IMG/VR virus record: IMGVR_UViG_3300038321_000060 | Span: 1 to 40,861 of that record | Length of the DNA stretch: 40,861 nt | Strand: one strand, 5' to 3' | Source of the DNA: a virus | Taxonomy: Duplodnaviria; Caudoviricetes | Shown here: piece by piece, positions 1 to 9,048 of the stretch | How positions within the stretch are numbered: position 1 is the stretch's first letter | Layout: every line of letters starts with the position of its first letter | The notes under the pieces: generated by a model | The model's input: the letters and a program-made list of their open reading frames with translations, nothing else | Told to the model about the DNA's origin: nothing | Databases searched by the model: none | Program-made: the position numbers and the translations under genes

Positions 1-203
1 GGTGTTTCATGCCCCGAATGTGGGGCTGCTTTTGCTTCGTGAGTGTTCACCTTCGCCTGTGCCCCCGCTGGTGTTTCTGCACCTATACTTGCAGGTGTAA
101 CCGGATCTTTCCCTCCGGTAGCGTGTAAATTAGCATGAGTATTACCATCATGATGTATTTTATCTCCTTCAGTGGTTCTACTAGTAGGTAGTATAACTGC
201 CAT
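1..203 (-). CDS. Tail fibre protein, N-terminal part (runs off the window edge)
   Basis: Hand translation from ATG at 203 (TAATG overlap with upstream stop): MAVILPTSRTTEGDKIHHDGNTHANLHATGGKDPVTPASIGAETPAGAQAKVNTHEAKAAPHSGHETP. The HATGGxDP..IGAETPAGAQAK pattern resembles Firmicutes phage fibre repeats. Absent from the ORF track because it is partial. Confidence 0.7.
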   Translation of the reverse strand, partial: MAVILPTSRTTEGDKIHHDGNTHANLHATGGKDPVTPASIGAETPAGAQAKVNTHEAKAAPHSGHET

Positions 204-1483
204 TACTCAATCACCTCTCCTTTTATTTCTAAATTTCCATCTCTAGTTAGCCTATTGGATGTATGACCTTCTATTATCTCACCAGCAACATATAGATTGC
301 CTGCGCGATATGACTTTAGTTTAGTGGAGTGCCAGGCTTTGACGGTTTCGGGGGAGACTGCGTAAGGGCAGATACGGAGGTTTTGGTAGCGTACGGTATT
401 TACCCTTGTTGTTAATTGTCTCCCCAATTGTATTATCCCATTACCGGCATCCGCAAATGTTTGAGTCCCACTATATTCCGGGTTCCCATTAAGATAAAAC
501 CTTGGATTGCCGCCATTTTCCCATGTCAGAACACATAAATACTTATTGCCAGGCTCATATGGTAGCGTCCTTACGCTTGCACCTAATATTGCTAAGTTTA
601 ATCCCGAAGTTCCCATGCCCAAATCCAGCTGCCGTACTGTACCCTGACAAACATTAACCACTGCCCCGTCATAATAGCCTGTGCGATCTTCCATCGCTTT
701 TGGAGTCCATACAGTAAAGGCTATTGTTCCAGATTCCAAAAGTGATATATTAGTTGGAATGTCTAACGCCCCTGGGAGACGAGTGCCTTCGGTGAAGGAG
801 GTGGAGAAAGAGTTTCGCTCAATTTGAGGGTATTTAAATACTAAAACTTGGCCAGCATGGGTGTTAGGGAAAAAGACATAGTCAATAAACAAAGTACCCG
901 CTTCAGTTGTAAAAGTTCGAGTAACCTCAGTCCTTCCAATTTTAGTGCTAAATCCTGCTACATGTTCAGGGGGAGTGTCCTTCCCCATCCGATATTGAGC
1001 TAAAATTCCACTTTCTTGAGTTGTTGAAAAAGAATAGGGGATTCCTGGAGAAGCCGTTCCGCCCTTAAATCGGAGATACCCGTACGTTGCCCCAGTCCAG
1101 TTTCGTAAATCTACTACTGTTTTATAATCACTATGAGTTATTACCGCACCTGTCCCATCAGTAGAAAGTGTCGGATTAAAATTGGTAATAAGGTTCTCCG
1201 TCCCCTCCTCCACCGCCACCCCACATTCGGGAAGCGTTGTAGCGCAGAGGCTTCCGTCTGTGTTGTAGATGAGACCATAGTCTGTTTTCTCTGCACCATT
1301 TAAACCGATAGGATCAATTCTTTCTCCTGTAGCTATATTTTTAAGCGATAAATAATTGTAAAAATCACCAACAACACCGTCAGTAAAAAGCGATGAAAAA
1401 CCTTCTTTCAATTCTGTTGTATATACATCACCATTTCTATTGATTTTAATTTTAACCCCTCCCCTACACGAACACAAAATCAA
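203..1483 (-). CDS. Putative receptor-binding/tail spike protein with LamG (concanavalin-like) C-terminal region; probable true start ATT at 1450
   Basis: Follows baseplate genes; beta-rich; motifs VEEGTENL, PQIE..SFSTSF..GTR, and LamG-like GTIAF-W...LTW...FYLNG. Confidence 0.6.
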   Translation of the reverse strand: MILCSCRGGVKIKINRNGDVYTTELKEGFSSLFTDGVVGDFYNYLSLKNIATGERIDPIGLNGAEKTDYGLIYNTDGSLCATTLPECGVAVEEGTENLITNFNPTLSTDGTGAVITHSDYKTVVDLRNWTGATYGYLRFKGGTASPGIPYSFSTTQESGILAQYRMGKDTPPEHVAGFSTKIGRTEVTRTFTTEAGTLFIDYVFFPNTHAGQVLVFKYPQIERNSFSTSFTEGTRLPGALDIPTNISLLESGTIAFTVWTPKAMEDRTGYYDGAVVNVCQGTVRQLDLGMGTSGLNLAILGASVRTLPYEPGNKYLCVLTWENGGNPRFYLNGNPEYSGTQTFADAGNGIIQLGRQLTTRVNTVRYQNLRICPYAVSPETVKAWHSTKLKSYRAGNLYVAGEIIEGHTSNRLTRDGNLEIKGEVIE

Positions 1484-1769
1484 TACAATCGTCTGTTACG
1501 TTATATTTAATGCGTGCTTGTCCCATTATCACCCCGGGAGTTTTTAATTCCCCTGTCATTTCGTTTGAGCCATCTAAAGCCACCGCCCCTACTTGGTTCG
1601 GAGTTACATTATGTGGGTTGGTAGTATTATCCATATGGTTATTTGTTTTATCATTAACATTTTTTAATTCACCATCAATAATATCTGCATTTTGATTAAA
1701 ATCCTCAACATCATAAAAATCCTCTCGAGTGGGTTTTTTCAAATTATAATTCGTGGTATAATTTGGCAT
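1464..1769 (-). CDS. Small tail fibre/baseplate-associated protein
   Basis: N-terminus MPNYTTNYNLKKP...DFNQNADIIDGELK and H..NTTNPHNVT..QVG fibre repeat; synteny. Confidence 0.65.
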   Translation of the reverse strand: MPNYTTNYNLKKPTREDFYDVEDFNQNADIIDGELKNVNDKTNNHMDNTTNPHNVTPNQVGAVALDGSNEMTGELKTPGVIMGQARIKYNVTDDCIDFVFV

Positions 1770-2314
1770 TAGTTCAACACCTCATTTCTTAATTGTATAT
1801 GCTTATAACCTTCTAATTGCCCATGGGTGAAAGGTTCCAGTGCTAAATGTTGATTGTATAATAATATAAAATCAACAACCACATTAGCCGGTACAACTTC
1901 CTGTAACAAAGCATAAATTTTAGCAAATCGTTCTTTGATTACCAAATCACCCTTTAGTAATAATAGATAAATATCGTGATGTAACTCAATTTCAAATTCA
2001 TTTTCACCACAAATTATAGTAAGTAAATCGTATAACCTTTTAAATGTGTATGGAAGTTGTCTATTTAACTTACCTAGGATTACAACTTTTCTAACTTCCA
2101 AACTATCAGTTGCTTTGGGAACTATTTTAAGAAGTTTTTCCCATCTTAAAACTCCTCTTTCGGTAGAATCTGAAACAAATTGATCTTTTAAAACTTTTGA
2201 AACTTCTTCCCAAAGTTTTTCAAACTCTGGTTGTTCTACTTCAAAAGTTTTTTCAAACTCTCTAAAGTTTCGTAAAACTTCTGGAAGATAGTTTATAAGT
2301 TTTCGATTATCCAA
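1769..2314 (-). CDS. Baseplate wedge protein (XkdU/YmfQ/DUF2313-like)
   Basis: YLPEVL...RWEKLLKI...LEVRK...VVPAN motifs; directly after baseplate J. Confidence 0.8.
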   Translation of the reverse strand: MDNRKLINYLPEVLRNFREFEKTFEVEQPEFEKLWEEVSKVLKDQFVSDSTERGVLRWEKLLKIVPKATDSLEVRKVVILGKLNRQLPYTFKRLYDLLTIICGENEFEIELHHDIYLLLLKGDLVIKERFAKIYALLQEVVPANVVVDFILLYNQHLALEPFTHGQLEGYKHIQLRNEVLN

Positions 2315-3350
2315 CTACCACACCCCTAACTGGGATGTCATTTTCCCCAAGAATTAAGTTTCGTGCTAAACCATTGATTGTAGTATTAGTAATATCCACA
2401 ACCCCGGTAATGTTTAAAACCCTAGTTTCAATTTGACTAATCCTAACTATAAGATTTTTTTCATCTTCCCAAATCTTAGCAAGTTCTAAAAAATATTCAT
2501 CAATGGTGTTTTCCACATACGGTTTAATATCTTCCCACGTCCAAGATTCTCTATAAGTTATTACAGTTGATATATTTATAGTGGTGGCATTTACTCCTTC
2601 AACCGTTACGATATGCCCAATCGGTGCAAAACCCAAACCTTCCCCTTGGTTGGTAACTGGATCAATAAGTGTTTGTACTTGATCCACTAGTTCAGTAGAT
2701 GGTTTTTGAAACTCTGAATTAATAATAACCAGTTTAACAGTGCCTCCACCAGCCCAAACAGGGTAAACTTTCACCCCACCGATCCCGGGAATCGCATTTG
2801 TTTTTTCCTTATAATCTGTTATGTTCCCTCCGAACGCTTGGGAATCAAGATTTTTAAAATACCTTTCGCGTAAGTGTTCAGTCTCCTCTTCATCTTCACC
2901 GGGAACAAGTATTTCAGTTACTTCCGCACTAGTCAATCCTTCAATATAATCAATAGGAATCAATGTTCCTAAGTATGAATTGGCTTTTGTGCCGATGGTT
3001 TCACATTGTAATTTAAATACTCCCGTTGATAGTTTTTCAGTAACAACATAATTTAAATCATCTAACGAATATCTTGACTCGATGGGAACATCAATATTAA
3101 AAACACCTTTTACAATTACATAAGTTGCCGGTTCCGGTATAATTCCGCGTTCTGCCGCACGTTTAATTAAGTTTTCCCTACTCGCTGTGTCTGCAAAAGT
3201 TTCATTTAAAATTACATCTAATTCAATATACATCTGGGCAAGTTCGACCGCTGCCGGTGCCAACGCGTTATAAATCATACTCCCTTCTCGTTTGTCAATA
3301 GCGCTTGGTATTTTACTTAACATCCGTTTTAAAATTTCTTCATATGTCAC
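2307..3350 (-). CDS. Baseplate J-like protein (XkdT)
   Basis: DKREGS.IYNALAPAA.ELA, GEDEE..E.LRERY, FGGN..DY, PVWAGGGTV motifs. Confidence 0.9.
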   Translation of the reverse strand: MTYEEILKRMLSKIPSAIDKREGSMIYNALAPAAVELAQMYIELDVILNETFADTASRENLIKRAAERGIIPEPATYVIVKGVFNIDVPIESRYSLDDLNYVVTEKLSTGVFKLQCETIGTKANSYLGTLIPIDYIEGLTSAEVTEILVPGEDEEETEHLRERYFKNLDSQAFGGNITDYKEKTNAIPGIGGVKVYPVWAGGGTVKLVIINSEFQKPSTELVDQVQTLIDPVTNQGEGLGFAPIGHIVTVEGVNATTINISTVITYRESWTWEDIKPYVENTIDEYFLELAKIWEDEKNLIVRISQIETRVLNITGVVDITNTTINGLARNLILGENDIPVRGVVVG

Positions 3351-3742
3351 ATAGTCACCACCTTTTCAGCTTCAACCTCTCCAAAAATAGTATGAACAGT
3401 AAATTTACAATGAACTTTTTTCCCTTCTCTGGTTATATCAAAACTATTAACTGCCGTAATCCTAGAATCTACCATCAACGCTTCAGTGATTCGCATTTCA
3501 AGTTCTGCCATAACGTAAAATGTTGGTTCCCCAAACAAATCTTTTAATTCGATGCCATAGTTCCAACTATAAATTAGATAATCGTATCTTTCGATATTTA
3601 AAATCAAATATATAGCTTGGATCATTGCTTGTTGTTCGTCTGTATACCCAGTAACCGTTCCCCGGTCAATGTTTAGTTTATACGTTCGGGAGGTTGGTTC
3701 TGTAAAATCTTCAATTTCTGGTATCTGTAATTGTGGAATCAT
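3347..3742 (-). CDS. Baseplate/sheath initiator (XkdS/DUF2634)
   Basis: QAIYLILNIERY.Y.IYSWNYGIEL and ITEAL..DSRI motifs; start set at ATG 3742 by RBS spacing. Confidence 0.85.
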   Translation of the reverse strand: MIPQLQIPEIEDFTEPTSRTYKLNIDRGTVTGYTDEQQAMIQAIYLILNIERYDYLIYSWNYGIELKDLFGEPTFYVMAELEMRITEALMVDSRITAVNSFDITREGKKVHCKFTVHTIFGEVEAEKVVTM

Positions 3743-4191
3743 ACCCATTCCCCCGTTACTGTATGATTATTGATTCGGTCTAATACAACATATCGCTGAC
3801 CGCCTTGTAACCTGATTAAAATAACTTTTTCACCCACCAATAACCCATTATAAATCATGATCTTTTTGCGCCCTTGATATTCGTGTTTATGAGTTGGATC
3901 GAAACTAAGATCGTTCGTTGTTGAAGAATTTGGCGGTGATGCAGGATATAAATGATGATGGGTAGTATCTAAAAAATCATCATTAACTGTATAATGATCC
4001 ACTTCAATATCAACCCAGTGATCAACGACATTTTTAGTTAGGATTAAATCTTTTTCAGTTAAAGTTAGACGCTGTTCAATTTTAATTTTAATGGGCGATA
4101 TACTTTCAACCGTTCCAAACATCACTTGACAGGGTTTTTCTGCTCTAACAGCATCGACCGCCGCCCGTTTAATAATTTCAATTAGATTGAT
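3739..4191 (-). CDS. Baseplate spike-associated protein (XkdR/DUF2577); probable non-canonical ATC start at 4191
   Basis: GTVESISPIKI, GL.VGEKVILIRLQGGQRYVVLDR; the frame is open 22 codons upstream of the track's start (INLIEIIKRAAVDAV...), resembling the family N-terminus. Confidence 0.75.
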   Translation of the reverse strand: MNLIEIIKRAAVDAVRAEKPCQVMFGTVESISPIKIKIEQRLTLTEKDLILTKNVVDHWVDIEVDHYTVNDDFLDTTHHHLYPASPPNSSTTNDLSFDPTHKHEYQGRKKIMIYNGLLVGEKVILIRLQGGQRYVVLDRINNHTVTGEWV

Positions 4192-5140
4192 CTAACCCAC
4201 CACCTCTCAATGATAAATCCATCACATATTCGTCTTTTTTAAATTTGTGCTGTGTGCGTTCCACCAGCATCCAATGTTGTAATTTAAAGTCACCAAGATC
4301 CAACTGAACCAGGACGGAAGATCCCGCTCTTACCCTTACATCTCCAAATACATTTGTAAGTGATAGATTGTTTTCTTTTTTGTTATATAATTCGATTAGC
4401 GCATTTACCATCGCTTGGCCGTTTACTTTTTCATCGATTGTTTCAAAATATTGTAATAGACCCCACCGGTTAATGTTGGTCGAATCTTTAGTTATATAAA
4501 TTTCTCGTTTTCCCGTTGCTTCATTGTCATATGCCACTTTAATATGATTGTAAGTTGATCCATCGATGCTGGACGAAAAATTAAAGTTTTCTCCAGAAAC
4601 TTCATCAATTAACAAATTAACGCGCATCGTTTCAATATCTTTTAAGGTTAATTTCCCAAAATCATCATATAAAACATACATTTTCTTTTTATTTGCCAAA
4701 GTAATGTCCAAAGCATTTAAAATGATATCCCACAAAGTTTGATTATCTTCTTCTTGTTCTTCAATTTTATAAGCGGTATCTTCCAAGGTTCCGACTTGTA
4801 ATCTAAAATCATCTGCAATTATTTTTATAACTTCTGTTGCTGTTTTATTTTCAAATTTATAGATTTCTTTATTTTTAAGGTATCTTAATTGGTCGTAAGC
4901 AGTAATACTAATTATTTTGTCTTTATTCCAACTTCGTTTAAAAACAAACCCATAAAAAACGTTTTTCCCATCCTGCTTAAAACTAACGTGATCCCCTTCG
5001 TTGATCTTTAAAATTCCATCACTTAAAACAGAAAAGGTCAACTTCCCCGGTTGACCTTTTCTTTCTGTACTCCAAACAACATCATCTAAAATTACTGGAT
5101 ATTGAATTACTCCTCCATGATTAATCATCAATTCATACAT
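4178..5140 (-). CDS. Baseplate hub protein (XkdQ/YqbQ)
   Basis: W.TERKGQPGKLTF, AYDQLRYLKNK, WGLLQYFE, GDVRVRAG motifs. Confidence 0.85.
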   Translation of the reverse strand: MYELMINHGGVIQYPVILDDVVWSTERKGQPGKLTFSVLSDGILKINEGDHVSFKQDGKNVFYGFVFKRSWNKDKIISITAYDQLRYLKNKEIYKFENKTATEVIKIIADDFRLQVGTLEDTAYKIEEQEEDNQTLWDIILNALDITLANKKKMYVLYDDFGKLTLKDIETMRVNLLIDEVSGENFNFSSSIDGSTYNHIKVAYDNEATGKREIYITKDSTNINRWGLLQYFETIDEKVNGQAMVNALIELYNKKENNLSLTNVFGDVRVRAGSSVLVQLDLGDFKLQHWMLVERTQHKFKKDEYVMDLSLRGGGLDQSN

Positions 5141-5144
5141 TGTC

Positions 5145-5789
5145 TTATTCCACCTTAATTTGTTGGCCGGGTTCTAATGTGTTGGATGTTAATTTATTTA
5201 ATCTCATCAATTCAAGGTATTTCCCACCATCACCCAAAAATTGTTTTGCAACGCTCCACAAGGTGTCACCGACTTTACTTACATATGTTTTTATGGATGG
5301 TGCGTTTTCAGTTGGTCTGGGAATTTTAATTGTGGCCGTTTGTGTTTCTGGGTCATAGTCAAATATTTTAGTTCCATGATTTTTGTATTCTTTCAGTTTA
5401 ATGCTAACTGTTAAATCCTGACCGTTCGCTGCATCTTCTAATACCGCATAATCTTCAAACCCAACTTTAATATTTGTAGTAAATCCGGGCACACCTCTCG
5501 GTAAAATACGTACAACAATGAACTGGAACGGTTTTTTACCAGCTTTCAATTTATCAAAATGTTGTAAGAAAAATGGTGCGTTTAGAAAACCTAAATTATA
5601 ATATGCAAATGGATATTTGACTTGAGGAATCATTGCTTCAAAACTTATTTCGCGTAAACCAGGTGACTTTAATAAATTGACTTCACCTTCATTGATCAGG
5701 TTAATGGTTTTATTCTGGTTGTTAGTTTTAATCTGTAATTTGGATGGTGTTACCGGAAGGGGAACTTTCCCCATAAAAAATATATACAT
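5145..5789 (-). CDS. LysM-domain tail protein (XkdP-like)
   Basis: LPVTPSKL N-terminus; C-terminal LysM TYVSKVGDTLWSVAKQFLG...N.L...L.PGQ. Confidence 0.85.
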   Translation of the reverse strand: MYIFFMGKVPLPVTPSKLQIKTNNQNKTINLINEGEVNLLKSPGLREISFEAMIPQVKYPFAYYNLGFLNAPFFLQHFDKLKAGKKPFQFIVVRILPRGVPGFTTNIKVGFEDYAVLEDAANGQDLTVSIKLKEYKNHGTKIFDYDPETQTATIKIPRPTENAPSIKTYVSKVGDTLWSVAKQFLGDGGKYLELMRLNKLTSNTLEPGQQIKVE

Positions 5790-7870
5790 TACGAATGTAC
5801 CCCCTCCGCTGCTGATTCCATAGTTTCATACAGTTTTTCTTCCAAGTAAGTAATAACCGCATCAATATCTGTATCTTTACTTATTTGATTAACAATCCCA
5901 CCCATATCAACCTTAATTTCCGCTGTGGTGAATCTATTTATTACTTCTTGTTCTGCAAGATCCCTTAAATATTTAAGTTCCTCTTCGCTGGTGTCCAAAG
6001 TTTTAGCCATTGACCCGGTGTTATAATCAATGTTGTTAATACCCGTCAAAAGATCATCAAAAATACTTCCGAACCCAAAATTAAAATTTTCTCCTGCTTC
6101 ATAACCAACGTTCCAAGCATCACCATATGCCCATCGTTTCAATCCCAAACTTTCAGCACTTAGGTTAAGTTCACCGATTATTTGTTGGTAATTTTCCTCC
6201 GGTGCATATTGTTTTACTGCGTTGTCTGCCATTTGTTGCAGTTCTGAACGCCAACCTTGAACGCTTTCAGCCATATTAGATCCAAATACAAAATCCATCG
6301 CTGATGCGATTTTTTCAAGCACCATTAACACCTGATCCGCCATGCTTTGGAACATGTGAATGATACTTGAAATAGGACTATGAAAAACGTTTCCAAGAAA
6401 ATTAGCAAATCTTATAAATGGATTAACTAACCCATTTACCACACCTAACGCTAAATCCAGGAATCCTAAAAATATATTCCAAAGAAACGCTCCCAAGACC
6501 GAAAACGCCCCGAAGATTGCCCCCGTTGCACTTATTGACGTCCCGGCAAAATGATTTACTATTGCTATGGCACCGTAAAACGCCGCGATTAAGCCGATAA
6601 TTAGAGCAATGATCCAAGTTAAAGGACAAGCGTACAACGCCGCATTAAGTCCATGCTGTGCCGCTGTAGCGGTAAATGTCGCCCCAGCTTGCATCATTTT
6701 CGCCGCTGCCGCCATTTTATCTTTCATTGTTTGGATGGCGATCAAACTATTAGTCACTAAACTAACCGCATTATAAGCCACCATCGCCCCCACAATCCCC
6801 CAAACAATAGGTGCAATCAGTGACCAGTTATCATATACAAAGTTAGAGATCGCTGTTATCGTTTCAAAAATACCAAGCAAAGCACTTGAAACAATCGCTA
6901 TACTGTTTACCGCCCGGTTAGCAAATGTTTGAAATTGTTCACTGTTGGCGATCTCATTTATTTTAATAAGTACTGGATCAAGTTGTTTTATTGCTCTATT
7001 TTTGATCGATGTCCAAATTTGCCCTATGGTTTTGGGCATATCTTCAAATTTTCTATTAATTTCATCTGCTGCCATAAACATTGCATTTTTTATTACGTCC
7101 GCGGTGATTAATCCTTCTCTGGACATATCCCGAAGTTCGCCAACCGGTTTACCCATATATTTAGCTATAGATTGCGCCAACAAAGGAGCATTTTCCATAA
7201 TTGATCTAAATTCATCACCTTGTAACCTACCGGACGCCATGGCTTGAGTTAATTGGTACATTGCCGCTGTTTGTTCTTGTATGCTTGCGCCACCAATTTT
7301 AAACTGTTTATTCATTTGTTCAGCAAAAAATATTATTTCGTCATTGGTTTGAAAGGCATCCCCGGCCAAAATACCAAGCTTTGAAACTACTTGAGAGGTA
7401 TCAAGATACGATCCCCGCGCTGCTTCAGCAGATGCGAAAATTTTATTCTGAAGTTCTTCGGTTGTTTGAAGTCCGTCATTCATTAGATCCAATCTTGCCC
7501 GAAGTTGGGTTATGTCATCTGATAGTCCAGCCAATTTCTTAAAACCCAACATAGCCCCTATGCTACCAGCGATCTTCATAATTTTATTTTGAAGTCCACT
7601 CGCGGCTGTCTGACCGTTACGAATGTCGTTATTAAACCTTTGTTGTTGATTACTCGCATTCTTAATTTCTTCTTCAATCTGATTAAATGTGCTTTCGGCT
7701 TTAGCAAGTTCTTCTCTTGCTAATTGGATGCTATTGGTGTCAACCGCTTTGCTTGATGCTGTTTGGATGGCTTCAAAACTACTCAAAACAACATTCATAG
7801 CCGTATTCATTGACTTGAACGCCGGTGACATCCCGTCATAAATTTGGATTGCACTTCGGATAGTAGCCAC
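5789..7870 (-). CDS. Tape measure protein
   Basis: Tape-measure motif QLTQAMASGRLQGDEFRSIMENAP, hydrophobic central region; start reassigned to GTG at 7870 after AGGTGA. Confidence 0.9.
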   Translation of the reverse strand: MATIRSAIQIYDGMSPAFKSMNTAMNVVLSSFEAIQTASSKAVDTNSIQLAREELAKAESTFNQIEEEIKNASNQQQRFNNDIRNGQTAASGLQNKIMKIAGSIGAMLGFKKLAGLSDDITQLRARLDLMNDGLQTTEELQNKIFASAEAARGSYLDTSQVVSKLGILAGDAFQTNDEIIFFAEQMNKQFKIGGASIQEQTAAMYQLTQAMASGRLQGDEFRSIMENAPLLAQSIAKYMGKPVGELRDMSREGLITADVIKNAMFMAADEINRKFEDMPKTIGQIWTSIKNRAIKQLDPVLIKINEIANSEQFQTFANRAVNSIAIVSSALLGIFETITAISNFVYDNWSLIAPIVWGIVGAMVAYNAVSLVTNSLIAIQTMKDKMAAAAKMMQAGATFTATAAQHGLNAALYACPLTWIIALIIGLIAAFYGAIAIVNHFAGTSISATGAIFGAFSVLGAFLWNIFLGFLDLALGVVNGLVNPFIRFANFLGNVFHSPISSIIHMFQSMADQVLMVLEKIASAMDFVFGSNMAESVQGWRSELQQMADNAVKQYAPEENYQQIIGELNLSAESLGLKRWAYGDAWNVGYEAGENFNFGFGSIFDDLLTGINNIDYNTGSMAKTLDTSEEELKYLRDLAEQEVINRFTTAEIKVDMGGIVNQISKDTDIDAVITYLEEKLYETMESAAEGVHS

Positions 7871-7874
7871 TTTT

Positions 7875-8066
7875 TCACCTACCCTTCTTCCGGGGTTTCT
7901 TAATCTTTTTGTTTTCTTTCTTATCACGTTCCATTTTAATCTGGATAGCCGCTATCACAAACGCTTTTTCACGTTGTGGTAATTGGGAAAATTGAGAGGG
8001 AAGGAGATGCAACTTATGCAAACAATAATAAGCAAAGTTTGCTTCCGCATCATCTCCCTCAATTAG
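7875..8066 (-). CDS. -1 frameshift extension of the tail assembly chaperone (gpGT-like)
   Basis: Slippery A AAA AAC (8072-8066) immediately before the stop; the -1 frame reads LIEGDDAEANFAYYCLHKLHLLPSQF...KKGR* and fills the gap to the tape measure gene. Confidence 0.8.
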   Translation of the reverse strand, partial: LIEGDDAEANFAYYCLHKLHLLPSQFSQLPQREKAFVIAAIQIKMERDKKENKKIKKPRKKGR

Positions 8067-8494
8067 TTTTTTGCTTCGTCAATATCCTCTTGCAACGTTT
8101 GGAACCCGTTCACTTCTTGTACTTTGATTAAATAATCCGCATATTCTCCCGGTGACAACATTCTTTTTAAAAGTGCCTCCGCACCCATAACCTTATAACT
8201 GTCTTGTAATTCGGCATCGTTAAGGTTGGGGTAAACAGTACAGTTAGCCGCTAGTTTCCCGGTATAGAGAGTAAAATCTGTTTCTTGTGTATATTGCCCC
8301 CGTCTGCCGCCCGGAATGGGAACCCGTTTAGTACAGGATTTTCTCAATTCTTCATCTTCTGTAGACGTTATACATTTAATTTCCCATTCTAAAGGTTTCC
8401 CATCAGTGTCTAAAAATCGTTTTGATGCCACATATTTAATATTTTCAACCGGAATGGCATTTTGTGCTAAAAATCCAGAAAGATTACTCATCAT
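8063..8494 (-). CDS. Tail assembly chaperone (XkdN-like)
   Basis: VYPNLNDAELQDSY.VMGAE.LL..ML.PGEY motif; lies between tube and tape measure genes. Confidence 0.85.
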   Translation of the reverse strand: MMSNLSGFLAQNAIPVENIKYVASKRFLDTDGKPLEWEIKCITSTEDEELRKSCTKRVPIPGGRRGQYTQETDFTLYTGKLAANCTVYPNLNDAELQDSYKVMGAEALLKRMLSPGEYADYLIKVQEVNGFQTLQEDIDEAKN

Positions 8495-8519
8495 TCATTC
8501 CTCCTAATTTCTAATTTAA

Positions 8520-8553
8520 AAAATTAAAGGGATATACGTTTGTGTATATCCCC
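8520..8553 (-). terminator. Intrinsic terminator after tail tube gene
   Basis: Stem GGGATATAC/GTATATCCC followed by a T-rich tract on the minus strand. Confidence 0.6.
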
Positions 8554-8560
8554 TGTTTTA

Positions 8561-9031
8561 TTATTGCATCCCTTCAAGTAAATTAAATTCCTCCGGTAGT
8601 TCAAAATCTTCAAAGGTGAAATCCATATCCTCATCTAAATATTCAGCATCAGCATCAAACTTAGCAAGAATACCCCCGTCCATGTTACAGTCTTTAAGAA
8701 TTACTGTTTGTCTGCCAACTGAAGAAGTTGGATCTTCGTTCGTTAATTGAATGTCAAAATAAACATCTTCTCCGGTGTTTTTATACCTCACCATCAATTT
8801 CCTAAAAATACTGGTATTATAATGAAATGTCGCGGAACCATCCCCATCCCATCCAGTACTTTTATTACCTTTTCCGGTCTTGCCTAGAATCGGAACTTTT
8901 GTTTTTGTTTTATTAAATCGTGCTTCTAAATTAATTGCTTGCATAAAATTATAACGCTCGCCCTCAATGGTAACAAAACATTCAGCAAGAGATGCACTAA
9001 CCGCATCTTTGGCGTTCATTGTATTAGGCAT
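8561..9031 (-). CDS. Tail tube protein (XkdM)
   Basis: NEDPTSSVGRQTVILKDCN.DG..LAKFDA...DFTFED motif; follows sheath. Confidence 0.9.
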   Translation of the reverse strand: MPNTMNAKDAVSASLAECFVTIEGERYNFMQAINLEARFNKTKTKVPILGKTGKGNKSTGWDGDGSATFHYNTSIFRKLMVRYKNTGEDVYFDIQLTNEDPTSSVGRQTVILKDCNMDGGILAKFDADAEYLDEDMDFTFEDFELPEEFNLLEGMQ

Positions 9032-9048
9032 TTATTTCACTCCTTTCC

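Noticed and set aside
1-1769. Diversity-generating retroelement or invertible tail-fibre cassette
   Set aside because: No reverse transcriptase, invertase or TR/VR repeat pair seen in the window; sequence left of position 1 cannot be assessed.
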